Source: a virus
Taxonomy: Duplodnaviria > Caudoviricetes
Strand: one strand, 5' to 3'
Virus record (IMG/VR): IMGVR_UViG_3300046008_000188
Coordinates: 1 to 63,272 of that record
Length of the DNA stretch: 63,272 nucleotides
Under the pieces are notes generated by a model that saw only the letters and a list, made by a program, of their open reading frames with translations, was not told the origin of the DNA and did not search any database. Numbering within the stretch: position 1 is the stretch's first letter; each line of letters opens with the position of its first letter. Position numbers and translations under genes: made by a program. Positions 39,778-49,209 of this stretch are shown here, piece by piece.

Positions 39778-39981
39778 TTAGGTTGGTTGTTCTAGCGCTT
39801 CTTTAAACTCACTATCCCTAGCAATGCGTTCTTCTATGGTATGTTTCCAATCCCTTGTTAGTGGTTGTTCTAGTGCTTCTTTGCAAAGTTCTTTGTAGTT
39901 TTTATCAAGTATGTTGTATTTAAGAACTAAATCCTTATAATTTTTTTGAATTAAATTTAGTTTTTCTTTATCTGAAATCAT
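39778..39981 (-). CDS. Small hypothetical protein with two EALEQP motifs
   Basis: ATGA coupling to the upstream ORF. Confidence 0.5.
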   Translation of the reverse strand: MISDKEKLNLIQKNYKDLVLKYNILDKNYKELCKEALEQPLTRDWKHTIEERIARDSEFKEALEQPT

Positions 39982-40151
39982 TTTTTATACCCTTCTGGAT
40001 TAACTGGTCTATCAACATTTCTGTACAAATCATAATTAATATTTGGCTCTGGTTGTTCTAGTGCTTCTTTGCAAGCCTTAACTGCCTTTGTATGGTCTGT
40101 TCCATATAGCAACGCTTTAATCGCCATCTTTAATGCTTCGTCTTTAGTCAT
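39978..40151 (-). CDS. Small hypothetical protein MTKDEALKMA...CKEALEQP (57 aa)
   Basis: Read manually; ATGA overlaps at both ends. Confidence 0.6.
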   Translation of the reverse strand: MTKDEALKMAIKALLYGTDHTKAVKACKEALEQPEPNINYDLYRNVDRPVNPEGYKK

Positions 40152-40372
40152 ACGCTTTGCCCTATGTATGTAGCCTTGCTGTCCTTAAACTGCACCTCGA
40201 CAGCGCATTCTTTCCCTGCGTTTCCATTGATTAGCTTATAAAACCCGAAACACATGGAAACAATAGCTATAAGTAGCAACGTTACTACAATTACCACTGC
40301 TCTATCTGATTTACTACCGCCACAGTCGCACTCACGACCTTGATTACAGTTTTGGTTACACGGCATCGTCAA
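40148..40372 (-). CDS. Small membrane protein (CNQNCNQGRECDC plus TM helix)
   Basis: Cys cluster followed by a hydrophobic helix. Confidence 0.6.
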   Translation of the reverse strand: MTMPCNQNCNQGRECDCGGSKSDRAVVIVVTLLLIAIVSMCFGFYKLINGNAGKECAVEVQFKDSKATYIGQSV

Positions 40373-40618
40373 CCTCCAATTTAATTTTGCCTAAGTATGG
40401 CCCATATTGTTTAAATGTTATGTTTCCGTTTTCTAGCCAACCATATACATTTATATACTGTGGCTCTTTAGGCTGTGGTTTAATGCGGTATTCACTACTA
40501 CTATCCCATCTCGGCATACCTAAACATCTAGCCATCTTATTTTTAGTTCATCAAAATACTCAATCTCCGCACCATCCGCCCATGCTTTAATTTCTTTGTG
40601 CCATTTATGTTGTGCCAT
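40356..40618 (-). pseudogene. Frameshifted small gene (MAQHKWHKEIKAWADGAEIE.../..PRW...EYRIKPQPKEPQY...LGKIKLE)
   Basis: The span is 263 nt, one short of 88 codons. Adding one T at about 40522 joins the two halves into one ORF. Confidence 0.6.
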
Positions 40619-40811
40619 CATCTTCTCCTGTAAAGTATTCAATTACTGTATCCAATGCCCCTATTACTTTGGTGTCGTACTCCACGTCGTCGGGGTGGGT
40701 TGAGTGCCAGTCAACTATCTGTCTCCTACTTGACTTCAAGTGTGCGCCTACTATGGCATCCAGTATCTCGGCTAACTGTGTTGAATCTGATAAGTCTAAT
40801 GTGATTTTCAT
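40605..40811 (-). CDS. Hypothetical protein
   Basis: Coupled ORF with RBS. Confidence 0.55.
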   Translation of the reverse strand: MKITLDLSDSTQLAEILDAIVGAHLKSSRRQIVDWHSTHPDDVEYDTKVIGALDTVIEYFTGEDDGTT

Positions 40812-41035
40812 TCTATGTCCTCTCTGAAGAATTCTTCCTCATCTATTATGATACGGTGAGCGTCAGCTTTCATTTGGTCTAGCACTTCGATGATACCCTC
40901 AAAGGTATCGCTTGCTACGGTTGCATCACAGAACCCCATGAGCGAACCATCGCGGTTGTAATATACTTCTTTTACCTCATAGTATGGCTCATCAAACGCA
41001 CCTTCAAACTTAACTACTCGATAGTTCCAGCTCAT
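40808..41035 (-). CDS. Hypothetical protein (WNYRV...EVYY family)
   Basis: Coupled ORF; paralogue at 50723..50950. Confidence 0.6.
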   Translation of the reverse strand: MSWNYRVVKFEGAFDEPYYEVKEVYYNRDGSLMGFCDATVASDTFEGIIEVLDQMKADAHRIIIDEEEFFREDIE

Positions 41036-41208
41036 AGCTCTACTCCTTCTCCATGTAGGTCTAGCTCGTCAATGTCTATTTCTGTTTCTTTACCTGTGGG
41101 CAACTTGCCTATTATGGTAGTCGGGAAGTGTCCTGTCTTGAGCACTTCAATAACACATTCGCCTTTCTTCCACCATACCCACTTAGGCATCGTACGTTTT
41201 ACTTTCAT
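41032..41208 (-). CDS. Small hypothetical protein (58 aa)
   Basis: Read manually: MKVKRTMPKWVWWKKG...GHFPTT; ATGA overlaps. Confidence 0.55.
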   Translation of the reverse strand: MKVKRTMPKWVWWKKGECVIEVLKTGHFPTTIIGKLPTGKETEIDIDELDLHGEGVEL

Positions 41209-41339
41209 AATAGTGCTTCTCCTAAATGTTCAAACATTTCATCTAAAGTTAATTTCTTTTCTACAATCTCGACCGTCCCAGTAGCAGGGTAGTTATAGTA
41301 GCGCAACGGCTCACCATCAAAGTCAAGTAGCACCCACAT
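41205..41339 (-). CDS. Small hypothetical protein (44 aa)
   Basis: Read manually: MWVLLDFDGEPLRYY...GEALL. Confidence 0.5.
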   Translation of the reverse strand: MWVLLDFDGEPLRYYNYPATGTVEIVEKKLTLDEMFEHLGEALL

Positions 41340-41544
41340 CTTGATTTTCTTTCTTAAAGTTGTATGCTTTACGTGCGTCCCAATCTAATTCAAGTAATGT
41401 ATTGTAGTGGTCAGATAGGTCAGCAATTAAATCCCCTAACACGTCCATCTTAACTATCCAGTCTGATTCTACAAATTCTTCACTGAACTTAATCTTGGTT
41501 TTATCTTGATGACCACTCCATGTAGCAGATAATACTCTCATCAC
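41323..41544 (-). CDS. Hypothetical protein
   Basis: ORF in a tightly packed operon. Confidence 0.5.
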   Translation of the reverse strand: MMRVLSATWSGHQDKTKIKFSEEFVESDWIVKMDVLGDLIADLSDHYNTLLELDWDARKAYNFKKENQDVGAT

Positions 41545-41786
41545 TATTCTCCATACTTAGTCTGTAACAACAACTCGCAGTAGTGTATCGCTTTATGTAT
41601 ATCCTCTGCGCCGTTCTTTGCGTGGTGTCGGCAGACATACTTAACGATGTTGCCCTCTAAAAAACCTAGTTCATTAGCTACAATAAACTCAACAGGCTGT
41701 ATTGCCATTTCAGCATAGTGGTTACCGCCCACTTGCTTAGCTAATGCGTTTTCTTCTTCCATCATGTCCGTCATTCCGTCGCTCAT
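41544..41786 (-). CDS. DUF3310 (SaV / T7 gp1.7-like) protein
   Basis: QVGGNHY...IQP.EFI...F.EGNIVKY.CR...KNG.EDI.KA.HY. Confidence 0.85.
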   Translation of the reverse strand: MSDGMTDMMEEENALAKQVGGNHYAEMAIQPVEFIVANELGFLEGNIVKYVCRHHAKNGAEDIHKAIHYCELLLQTKYGE

Positions 41787-41854
41787 TTACTTCTCCTATA
41801 ATAAACATACATACCATACCTAACCCAAACGATATCCAGTAGCACTGGACATAC

Positions 41855-42043
41855 TCAATCACCATGTTTACCATTAGCTCTGTCCCTCGCATCTCGTTCG
41901 GCTTCTAATTGAAAGCGTAGGTAGATATTCTCAATCAAAATACCTAAGTTATTGTTTGTCGTATTCGGGACACTCAGAACTATCCTACGCACAGTCTCGC
42001 CAAAACTTTCACGGTTCTTGTCATCTAATTTTTCCATTACCAA
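41855..42043 (-). CDS. Hypothetical protein
   Basis: ORF in the operon. Confidence 0.5.
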   Translation of the reverse strand: MVMEKLDDKNRESFGETVRRIVLSVPNTTNNNLGILIENIYLRFQLEAERDARDRANGKHGD

Positions 42044-42507
42044 CTCCCAAACATACGCATGCTACTTTGCATGCCACTCATGCCACTACTCGACCGTTTT
42101 GCTTGTTTCGCTCGTTCTTCTTTGGTCATGGGCACATGCTCTCGGTCTAGTAATTTAAATACTCTAGTGACGTTCTTCACAGCTATCTGGGCTTGCGTAG
42201 GCTTAATGATTGGCGCGTCATAGTGCGGTTTTACATAGGGTGTTGCCGCGTTGTATACATACTGACGCTTGTTATCAACTGTGCGTTTCATACGAACTAA
42301 ATAGCCATTTAGTGATAGCCATTCTAGATACCGTTTACCCTTCTCAAAGAATTCCAACTCCTCTACGCATTGTTTACCTAATACATCTTTACGTGATGCA
42401 ACATAGTTATACACAATCTCTCTGTTGTTATTTACTTCAGCATCAATCTCGGCTTTCTTTCTAGCACTTCTTTCGCGTTCTTCTTTAATTGCTTGTTCAT
42501 TCATCAC
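42037..42507 (-). CDS. Hypothetical protein, possibly winged-helix-like
   Basis: YLEWL..NGYL.R pattern. Confidence 0.5.
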   Translation of the reverse strand: MMNEQAIKEERERSARKKAEIDAEVNNNREIVYNYVASRKDVLGKQCVEELEFFEKGKRYLEWLSLNGYLVRMKRTVDNKRQYVYNAATPYVKPHYDAPIIKPTQAQIAVKNVTRVFKLLDREHVPMTKEERAKQAKRSSSGMSGMQSSMRMFGSW

Positions 42508-42643
42508 GCTTTTCCTTTTCTTTCATCATTGCATCTGCTATGTCATACGACATGGGCACTACCCCCTTACAAAACCCATTGTTTGCAATCAGACCGTTCA
42601 TAGCAAAAGCTGCGAACAAATCCCGTTCGTTAAACTCCTCCAT
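42497..42643 (-). CDS. Small hypothetical protein (RDLFAAFAM...ADAMM type, 48 aa)
   Basis: Read manually; RBS AAAGGA. Confidence 0.6.
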   Translation of the reverse strand: MEEFNERDLFAAFAMNGLIANNGFCKGVVPMSYDIADAMMKEKEKRDE

Positions 42644-42815
42644 CTGTTTTCCTTTCTATTGGCTTAGCCAGTAAATACTTGTCGCCCATTGATTCAATCA
42701 CTACCTGCACTCGGCGCTCACGGTTTGGGTCGGGTTCAACCTGTATGCCATATAAGTTTTTGTATGTCAGTCCATGCCCATACTCATCTATTAGTTTATT
42801 TAAGTAGTCAAACAT
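42630..42815 (-). CDS. Hypothetical protein
   Basis: Likely start at MFDYL; MGDKYLLA.P motif. Confidence 0.5.
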   Translation of the reverse strand: MFDYLNKLIDEYGHGLTYKNLYGIQVEPDPNRERRVQVVIESMGDKYLLAKPIERKTDGGV

Positions 42816-42816
42816 A

Positions 42817-43026
42817 TTATTCCTCCGCCATTTCTCTATAAGTCTTACGCACAAACTGTTTAAACTTATCGTCTGTCTCTTCCGCAGAGTATTTGCTTAT
42901 CTGTCTAGCAAAGCGAGTTACGACCATTGCGTAGCGGTCTAAATCTTCTACCCGTTTATGTAGTTGATATGCGCCCCAAAGTGTTATGACTAAACTTCCA
43001 CCTAAAATTATATTTAATGCGTCCAT
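42817..43026 (-). CDS. Small membrane-anchored protein
   Basis: N-terminal hydrophobic helix; RBS AGGAG. Confidence 0.55.
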   Translation of the reverse strand: MDALNIILGGSLVITLWGAYQLHKRVEDLDRYAMVVTRFARQISKYSAEETDDKFKQFVRKTYREMAEE

Positions 43027-43036
43027 ATTAATTCTC

Positions 43037-43327
43037 CTATTTGATGCCAGTTATCCACTGCTCGACATCATTCACATTGACCTCGTTGATGACGATTGCA
43101 TCGCCACCGCTCTCCTTTATCTTTTTCATATTCATCTCTTGCAGGGCAGTAGGTTTGTTGTCCCCTGCCTTACACTCGATTGCTACGAAATGACCCTTGA
43201 AACAAATTATGATGTCAGGCACACCTGACTTACCAAATCCCCCCGTTGCAGGGAAAAAGTAATAACACCCTAGCTTGTCTAATACTTTCTTAACCTTGTC
43301 TTTCACTTTCTTTTCAGGTGTCGCCAT
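43037..43327 (-). CDS. VRR-NUC domain nuclease (Holliday junction resolvase-like)
   Basis: PEKKVK...GVPDII...AIECKA...TALQ. Confidence 0.85.
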   Translation of the reverse strand: MATPEKKVKDKVKKVLDKLGCYYFFPATGGFGKSGVPDIIICFKGHFVAIECKAGDNKPTALQEMNMKKIKESGGDAIVINEVNVNDVEQWITGIK

Positions 43328-43664
43328 TTTGATTGTCCTTACCTAGTAACATATTAAACTCCACCTTGTTTAGCACGACGATGTAGTTGTTGTCGTCGTA
43401 TCGCCACGCTGTATCTTGTAACCCAAAGCTACCTCTGTATATAAACAAATCATGCATGCCAAAGAAGTCTTGTGTATTAGGGGGTTCATACCCTGCATCA
43501 GCAATTACAATCTTAGTCCTTACATAGTCGGGTAACGATTGCTCTGTAAACACCCTCTTAAAGTCCGTATCTAATTTAATAGTATACATCGGAGGGTCTC
43601 GGTATACAGGCACTCTTGTATACCCCTCTTTAGTTGGGTGCGATAGTGGTAGGAATAGGTTCAT
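43314..43664 (-). CDS. Hypothetical protein
   Basis: Coupled ORF. Confidence 0.55.
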   Translation of the reverse strand: MNLFLPLSHPTKEGYTRVPVYRDPPMYTIKLDTDFKRVFTEQSLPDYVRTKIVIADAGYEPPNTQDFFGMHDLFIYRGSFGLQDTAWRYDDNNYIVVLNKVEFNMLLGKDNQNGDT

Positions 43665-44671
43665 TAGTTAGTTGATGTTGCAATAGGAACTAATAGTATG
43701 TTCATAGCAAACTCACCTGCTGAATAGTTAGTTGATGTAGTGTATACCTCTAAGTCTGATACATACCCGTTTAGTGAGACTAACATTTTATCTTCTCGGA
43801 CACGACGGCTATAATCGGGGTGTCCTTCTATATATACTTTATACATAGTAAGTAGAGCTCTCAAGTCATCAATACCATTTAGTTCATCAAGTGATGTTAC
43901 TCGTTGAAAGCCGTCTGTAACTTCGACTTCCCTGTCCATTGATATCTCATCGGACTTGAAATTAATCTTAGCCTTGCCTATGCAGATACCTGCGCTCTTT
44001 GTCTCTGCTAAGACATAGAACTCGTTGCCATATAACGACTTAACTTTTTCAATAGCGTGTCGCTCAGTTTCTACCTCTTTATACCAATTGTCAAACACTT
44101 TCTTCATTTCTTCATGTTTATCTGTTGGTAACTTAGTGCCTGTCATATAAGCATTTAATACTGCATACTGGTCTTTACTTCTAAAATCTCTACTACTAAT
44201 GTTTCTAACTTCTCGCATTCCCTCATTCATTGTGGAAGATATAGCATAGGTAATAGCGTCTCTACCGATAACATCTAGTGGGTCGTCTTGCACACACTTA
44301 TACTTCTCTAGCATACGCATAAGCCCCGATATCTTAGATGCCCTAACAGTGCGCTTGTCTGTCTTGTCTCGACCCCGTTCCTTCTCAAAGTATGGGCTAT
44401 AGAAACAATACTGAACCTTACCCTTACTTACCCTCTCAACAAACACTTGGCAGTATGGCAAGCCGTCTAGCGTCATCATGTATTTGTGGCTAGTGATAGT
44501 CTCTGTATGGTTTTCTTCCTCGTCAAACTCGTAGGACTTAAACTCTGTTACATCGTAGGCACGGAGACCATGCTTGTAGAACATCTCCATGATTAGCGGT
44601 TTAGCTAAGTCTTTCTCTATCAAGTCCTCTAGTTCTTGCGACCACGAGTTGTCGTATATGTAGTTCCGCAT
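43664..44671 (-). CDS. Hypothetical protein (335 aa)
   Basis: Long ORF with RBS AAGGAG. Confidence 0.7.
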   Translation of the reverse strand: MRNYIYDNSWSQELEDLIEKDLAKPLIMEMFYKHGLRAYDVTEFKSYEFDEEENHTETITSHKYMMTLDGLPYCQVFVERVSKGKVQYCFYSPYFEKERGRDKTDKRTVRASKISGLMRMLEKYKCVQDDPLDVIGRDAITYAISSTMNEGMREVRNISSRDFRSKDQYAVLNAYMTGTKLPTDKHEEMKKVFDNWYKEVETERHAIEKVKSLYGNEFYVLAETKSAGICIGKAKINFKSDEISMDREVEVTDGFQRVTSLDELNGIDDLRALLTMYKVYIEGHPDYSRRVREDKMLVSLNGYVSDLEVYTTSTNYSAGEFAMNILLVPIATSTN

Positions 44672-44682
44672 TTTATTTCTCC

Positions 44683-45729
44683 TTAAGATTGGTATTGACT
44701 TACTGTATTGCCATTATGTATTACTTTTATATCCCATGTGTTGCTAGGATATGGCTCGTTGGCTTTATATACTACGCTGTCAAGTGCATTAGCACCTATC
44801 TTTATTTGCCTATCTATTTTCTTAAGTGCTTGTGTGTAATAGACATATGGGGCATAGTCCATCTGACCGTAGTAGCTGTTATTATTGTCGCTACCATACG
44901 ACCATAGCCTGTAACTCGTAGCCATCATAGTTGCACATATAGATTTAAACATGTCTACCTTGACATTGTTCTTGGCATACTCCAACATACGAGCCACCGC
45001 ATTACTACTTCTCCATCTCTCGCCCTCTGTAAGAGCTTCTGCGTATACTTCTTTTAAACCTGCTGTAAATGAATCCTCAGTCATGGTCTTGAATATAACT
45101 TCGTTAAACTTAATAGCGTCAACATACTCAGACATTATCTCTTTCGTCCTAGTCCTATTAACTTTTGATAAGTGGACCTCGTAGTCTAGCACTGAGCTAT
45201 TAGTTTCTAAGTCGATGCGTTGCCCAACGAAAAGCGGGATTATCTTGGTAACAGTCTTATCATTCCAAGTCCCTGTCCATTCCCTATAGATAACACCGCC
45301 ATGCCTAACGCTAGCTAAAACATCGCCCTGATACTTGTTAAACATCGCCTGTATAAAGTATCTTGTGCCTTGGTGCATTCTGTTAGAAGTCAGCTCGAAT
45401 GTGTTGTCTTTGCGAACAACACCTATCTCGTCCCAAAGCCTATCCCATACGATATACTTCACGCTGTTGTCAGCTTGGGTTTCTACCCTAACATACAGTC
45501 CCTTAGCGTCCATGTCGTCATACTCAGCTTTGTCGACATACCTATCCACATACTTGTAGCCGTAGATAATCCGAAAGTATGTATCACCACTTGCGTCTGT
45601 CTCAGCAATGAATCTCTTATGTGAATGTTCTCGGTAGGATAATGGGTATTCGTTAGTAGTCCCACGATAAGGTTTGTTAGTCTTTGTTATGTGCTCTAGT
45701 CGTTCATACGATAGTCTGTTGTCGCTCAT
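44683..45729 (-). CDS. Hypothetical protein (348 aa)
   Basis: Long ORF with RBS AAGGAG. Confidence 0.7.
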   Translation of the reverse strand: MSDNRLSYERLEHITKTNKPYRGTTNEYPLSYREHSHKRFIAETDASGDTYFRIIYGYKYVDRYVDKAEYDDMDAKGLYVRVETQADNSVKYIVWDRLWDEIGVVRKDNTFELTSNRMHQGTRYFIQAMFNKYQGDVLASVRHGGVIYREWTGTWNDKTVTKIIPLFVGQRIDLETNSSVLDYEVHLSKVNRTRTKEIMSEYVDAIKFNEVIFKTMTEDSFTAGLKEVYAEALTEGERWRSSNAVARMLEYAKNNVKVDMFKSICATMMATSYRLWSYGSDNNNSYYGQMDYAPYVYYTQALKKIDRQIKIGANALDSVVYKANEPYPSNTWDIKVIHNGNTVSQYQS

Positions 45730-45770
45730 TTTAATGCTCCTTGTTTAGTGAATCGGGGAATCCCGATTTG

Positions 45771-47015
45771 TTAATCTTCTTTCTTAACCATCTTGCCGCC
45801 GACAGGTGGAGTGAAGTTGCGGTTCTGTGTTACAAGCCATAGCGTAGGCGCTGTGATGTCCCACTTGATATCGCTTTCCACATAACCATCGGTAAACACT
45901 ATCACACCATCGCATTGGATTTTGTTCTTAGCTATGTATTCACTGACACAGCTAACATGCGTTCCTCCACCGCCTTGTGGCTTAAGCATATCTTTGATGT
46001 TGGTATAGTTGTCCTCGAATATCTGTTCACCATGCACATCGGTGTCCCACCACAACACACGAATTTTTCTCGGTCTTACTGCGTCGCATATTGATGCCAG
46101 TTCCGATGCATACTCTGTTAGCTCTACCCCTGTAATTGACCCCGATGTATCGTTAGCGATGATAAGTTCACCGACAGTTTCATTCTCTAGGCTTGGCATA
46201 TACAAATCATTAACCATCATGCGCTTATTAAACTTGCGCCATGTATACTCATCTGTTCCCCTTGCCCTGTCAGTTACAAACTCACGCAGTGCGTCTATCC
46301 AGTTGACCTTTGGCTCAAGTAAGTCGCCTATCTGTCTAGGGACTTTGCTACCCATGCGACCTGCTAGTATACCCCCTTCTCGTAAGGCTCTATCAATGGC
46401 ATCGGAAAGTTGAGCTTGCTCTGCAACGGACATTTCTTTAGCGTTGAAATCATGCTCGTCGGTTGTTTGAACCGTAGACTCTTTGCCATCGATACTAATT
46501 TTAATGCTTTGGCCTTGTCCTTCTTTGCCGTCTCCCTTGCCGTCTCCATCTCCGAATGATATTGATATTTTTGGTTGAGGTGGGAGAGTGCTTTTAAGGT
46601 AGTTGTAAATCTCTCGTGCTGACCAATTATGGAATTTCTCATCATATAAACCTCCTTCGGGCAGTTCACAAAAGCCCTTGTCCTCCATTGATTTAATAAC
46701 ATCATTAACTGCGTAGTCTGTCGCTACATTAATTAACATTGGATTGTCTTGGAATTCCTTAGTAAAACGCCCAATGTGTTTCAACGCTACATGAAGATTC
46801 TCATGCATTATCAGTCCGCGTAATTGTGCATCTGTCAGCTTAGATATAAACTCACGACCGTATTTCTTATCCCGTCCGTTAGTATACGCAGTTGGTATAC
46901 CGTCCTCTACCACGCTGTTACCCATCAGTATTATTCCCGAATACAGCGCAGTTTCGGGGTGTTTCATCAAGGCTATGTGTGCTTTCTTAAGCCTTGTCTC
47001 TTGTGTTATTGCCAT
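45771..47015 (-). CDS. Metallopeptidase-like plus vWA domain protein (DUF2201-like)
   Basis: TAYTNG, HENLH (HExxH), MIDAS DTSGS, GGGT, FTDGY. Confidence 0.85.
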   Translation of the reverse strand: MAITQETRLKKAHIALMKHPETALYSGIILMGNSVVEDGIPTAYTNGRDKKYGREFISKLTDAQLRGLIMHENLHVALKHIGRFTKEFQDNPMLINVATDYAVNDVIKSMEDKGFCELPEGGLYDEKFHNWSAREIYNYLKSTLPPQPKISISFGDGDGKGDGKEGQGQSIKISIDGKESTVQTTDEHDFNAKEMSVAEQAQLSDAIDRALREGGILAGRMGSKVPRQIGDLLEPKVNWIDALREFVTDRARGTDEYTWRKFNKRMMVNDLYMPSLENETVGELIIANDTSGSITGVELTEYASELASICDAVRPRKIRVLWWDTDVHGEQIFEDNYTNIKDMLKPQGGGGTHVSCVSEYIAKNKIQCDGVIVFTDGYVESDIKWDITAPTLWLVTQNRNFTPPVGGKMVKKED

Positions 47016-47041
47016 TTTAGTTCTCCTCGTTGATTAATTTC

Positions 47042-48115
47042 TTAGAACAATTCATGGTTATCAACAGCCCACTTGGCTATCTGTTGGTTGCTACGGGCTA
47101 GCTTGACACCATTCTTACTACGCACCATCATAGTAAAGAACACCGCTTGTAACTCACTGCTTGCAACACGATTAACGAATGTCATAAACTTCGACAGGTT
47201 CTCTTGCGTGTCCAATGAGTCAGTCGCTTGGAACATCAACATCAATGTAGCAGCTGTATCGTCTGGAACTTTAATAGTTGATGGGTTATCCAGTATGTCT
47301 TGGAACTTAGGTAGTTGTCTCTCTAGGGCTAAGAACGCTGACATATCACCTGCGGCACTATGACCTATCGTGCCTGCCAATGCCACCATCGTAGCGTTAT
47401 CACCTATCTTGTCTCGGTTCTTAACAATGACTGATGCCTTAGCCAATGAACGAGGTGATACGAAAGATAGCTTGAGCTTGCTTGGGTTAAAGATATATGG
47501 GTTATCCTCTTGACCACCATCGGTATAGCTATTCAAGCACCGAGGGAACATATTGACCCATGCTCTGATAAGTGGGTGAACACCATTACTGCTAGCCCAT
47601 TGTAACCATGTATCTGCGTCGGGTTTCTCCATTGGCATAATGCACACACGATTACCTGCGTGAGCCAACATACTATCGCCTACACCATCGCTTGCATTGT
47701 TTGATGTCGCAAACACAATACTGCCTTCGGGTAGGGGTGTGTCGCCTACGGTTCTCTCTAGCATTAGTCGAGTAAAGATAACTTGAAGTAACTTCGGTGC
47801 TTTCATAAACTCATCAAGTAAGATGACTTTAGGCTTTGGGCTGTCCATTTTAAACAGACCTGCGGTATAGCTTTTGAGGGTTTCAGTTGCATGGTTAGGA
47901 ATAGTCATAGCTATGTCTGACATATCTTTCGCAGGGCAATCTACATAGATGTAGTCATACCCATCACCCAAATCTTCCTCTAACATTTTAAGTAGCGATG
48001 TCTTACCACAGCCAGGCTCGGATTGAATCACCGTAGTTAAGTCTACCCCGATTGCAGGGATTACTCTGCGTAGTTCGTCGATTGTTACTTTGTTGATTGT
48101 ATTTACTTGTGCCAT
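47042..48115 (-). CDS. MoxR-like AAA+ ATPase
   Basis: EPGCGKT Walker A, LLDEF Walker B, ATSN, SPRS; adjacent to the vWA gene. Confidence 0.85.
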   Translation of the reverse strand: MAQVNTINKVTIDELRRVIPAIGVDLTTVIQSEPGCGKTSLLKMLEEDLGDGYDYIYVDCPAKDMSDIAMTIPNHATETLKSYTAGLFKMDSPKPKVILLDEFMKAPKLLQVIFTRLMLERTVGDTPLPEGSIVFATSNNASDGVGDSMLAHAGNRVCIMPMEKPDADTWLQWASSNGVHPLIRAWVNMFPRCLNSYTDGGQEDNPYIFNPSKLKLSFVSPRSLAKASVIVKNRDKIGDNATMVALAGTIGHSAAGDMSAFLALERQLPKFQDILDNPSTIKVPDDTAATLMLMFQATDSLDTQENLSKFMTFVNRVASSELQAVFFTMMVRSKNGVKLARSNQQIAKWAVDNHELF

Positions 48116-48148
48116 TTTTATTGCTCCTTTGATTAAATAAACTACCTA

Positions 48149-49051
48149 CTAAAACCCAAACTTACCTAAGATGTCGTCGACATCATTCTTAACCTTGTCT
48201 CGCACAGCATCGCTGTCTCGTATCAGTTCGGCTGTTACACCGTTCAATGTATTTTCTAGTAACCGTGAGGCCTCGGCTAAGTCTTTATTACCTGTTAGAT
48301 TAAAGTCTTTATACATACTAGCTAACTCTCTAGCTTTCTCAATAGTCGTGTCGTATATCTTGCGTTTCTTAGTTTTCACATCGGAGGTTCCCGATTCGTT
48401 AATTTCCTGCACACCACAGCAATGGCTGATTGATTGTAAAAGCTCTGCAAGGCGTTCCTGTTGTTGGGACAAGATACCAGTGATTATCTCCTCCGCTTGG
48501 TGTTCGTATTGTTGTTTTAAGTCATCAGCGATGTCCTCGGCTACTGCGCACCTAAAGTCTTGCGTTGGCACTTCGGCTACAAACAAGCGAATACCAAACT
48601 TACCTCGCACTTGGTCTATATCGGGATAGTCATTGCGGTTAAACATATCACCTTGCTTGAAAGCCATGTCCGACACGATGCTTGAGTAGTGCAATAAAAA
48701 GTCGTCTAGTAAGCGATAGAACTCTGACTCGTGTTCTTGATACTCGGTCTTGAACTTTTCCAATGCAAGCACAGGTAGTAAGTCTTGCGAGTTGTTCCAT
48801 CGGTAGGTTGACCGTTTCAGCCAGTTGTATATAGTCTGTCTGTAGTTTGCCACACGCTTGTGGTGATGGTTGTCAGCTAATAGATTCTTAACGAACCGAC
48901 CTGCCGAGTTGTCTGCGTTCTTAGCATTTGTTACCTCGTCGCTTATCACTCGGTCTTGCTTGGTGGCTGACCACACATTTACATCTACACTTACAAGCAC
49001 AGCCGATGTCGCTAGGCTGATAATGCTATTGGGTTTTTGCATTGTTTCCAT
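48149..49051 (-). CDS. DUF3150-like helical protein
   Basis: Helical, about 300 aa; usual position upstream of the AAA/vWA pair. Confidence 0.55.
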   Translation of the reverse strand: METMQKPNSIISLATSAVLVSVDVNVWSATKQDRVISDEVTNAKNADNSAGRFVKNLLADNHHHKRVANYRQTIYNWLKRSTYRWNNSQDLLPVLALEKFKTEYQEHESEFYRLLDDFLLHYSSIVSDMAFKQGDMFNRNDYPDIDQVRGKFGIRLFVAEVPTQDFRCAVAEDIADDLKQQYEHQAEEIITGILSQQQERLAELLQSISHCCGVQEINESGTSDVKTKKRKIYDTTIEKARELASMYKDFNLTGNKDLAEASRLLENTLNGVTAELIRDSDAVRDKVKNDVDDILGKFGF

Positions 49052-49127
49052 TTTGTTTCCTTTCGTTTAGTGAATCGGGAGTTCCCGATTTGTTATTTAA
49101 ATCTTACTGTGAGTTGTTACATTAATC

Positions 49128-49190
49128 TCCCACCGTATTAATAGTATAACATAACTTTACATTTAAAGCTAGTGGTTTACCTAAGTATTT
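49128..49190 (-). promoter_or_regulatory. Class II repeated promoter (copy 1)
   Basis: On - strand: AAATACTTAGGTAAACC.CTAGC..N..ATGTAAAGTTATGTTATACTAT with extended -10 TGnTATACT. Near-identical copy at 51899-51962. Confidence 0.65.
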
Positions 49191-49209
49191 GATTCTTATA
49201 CGCATTTAC

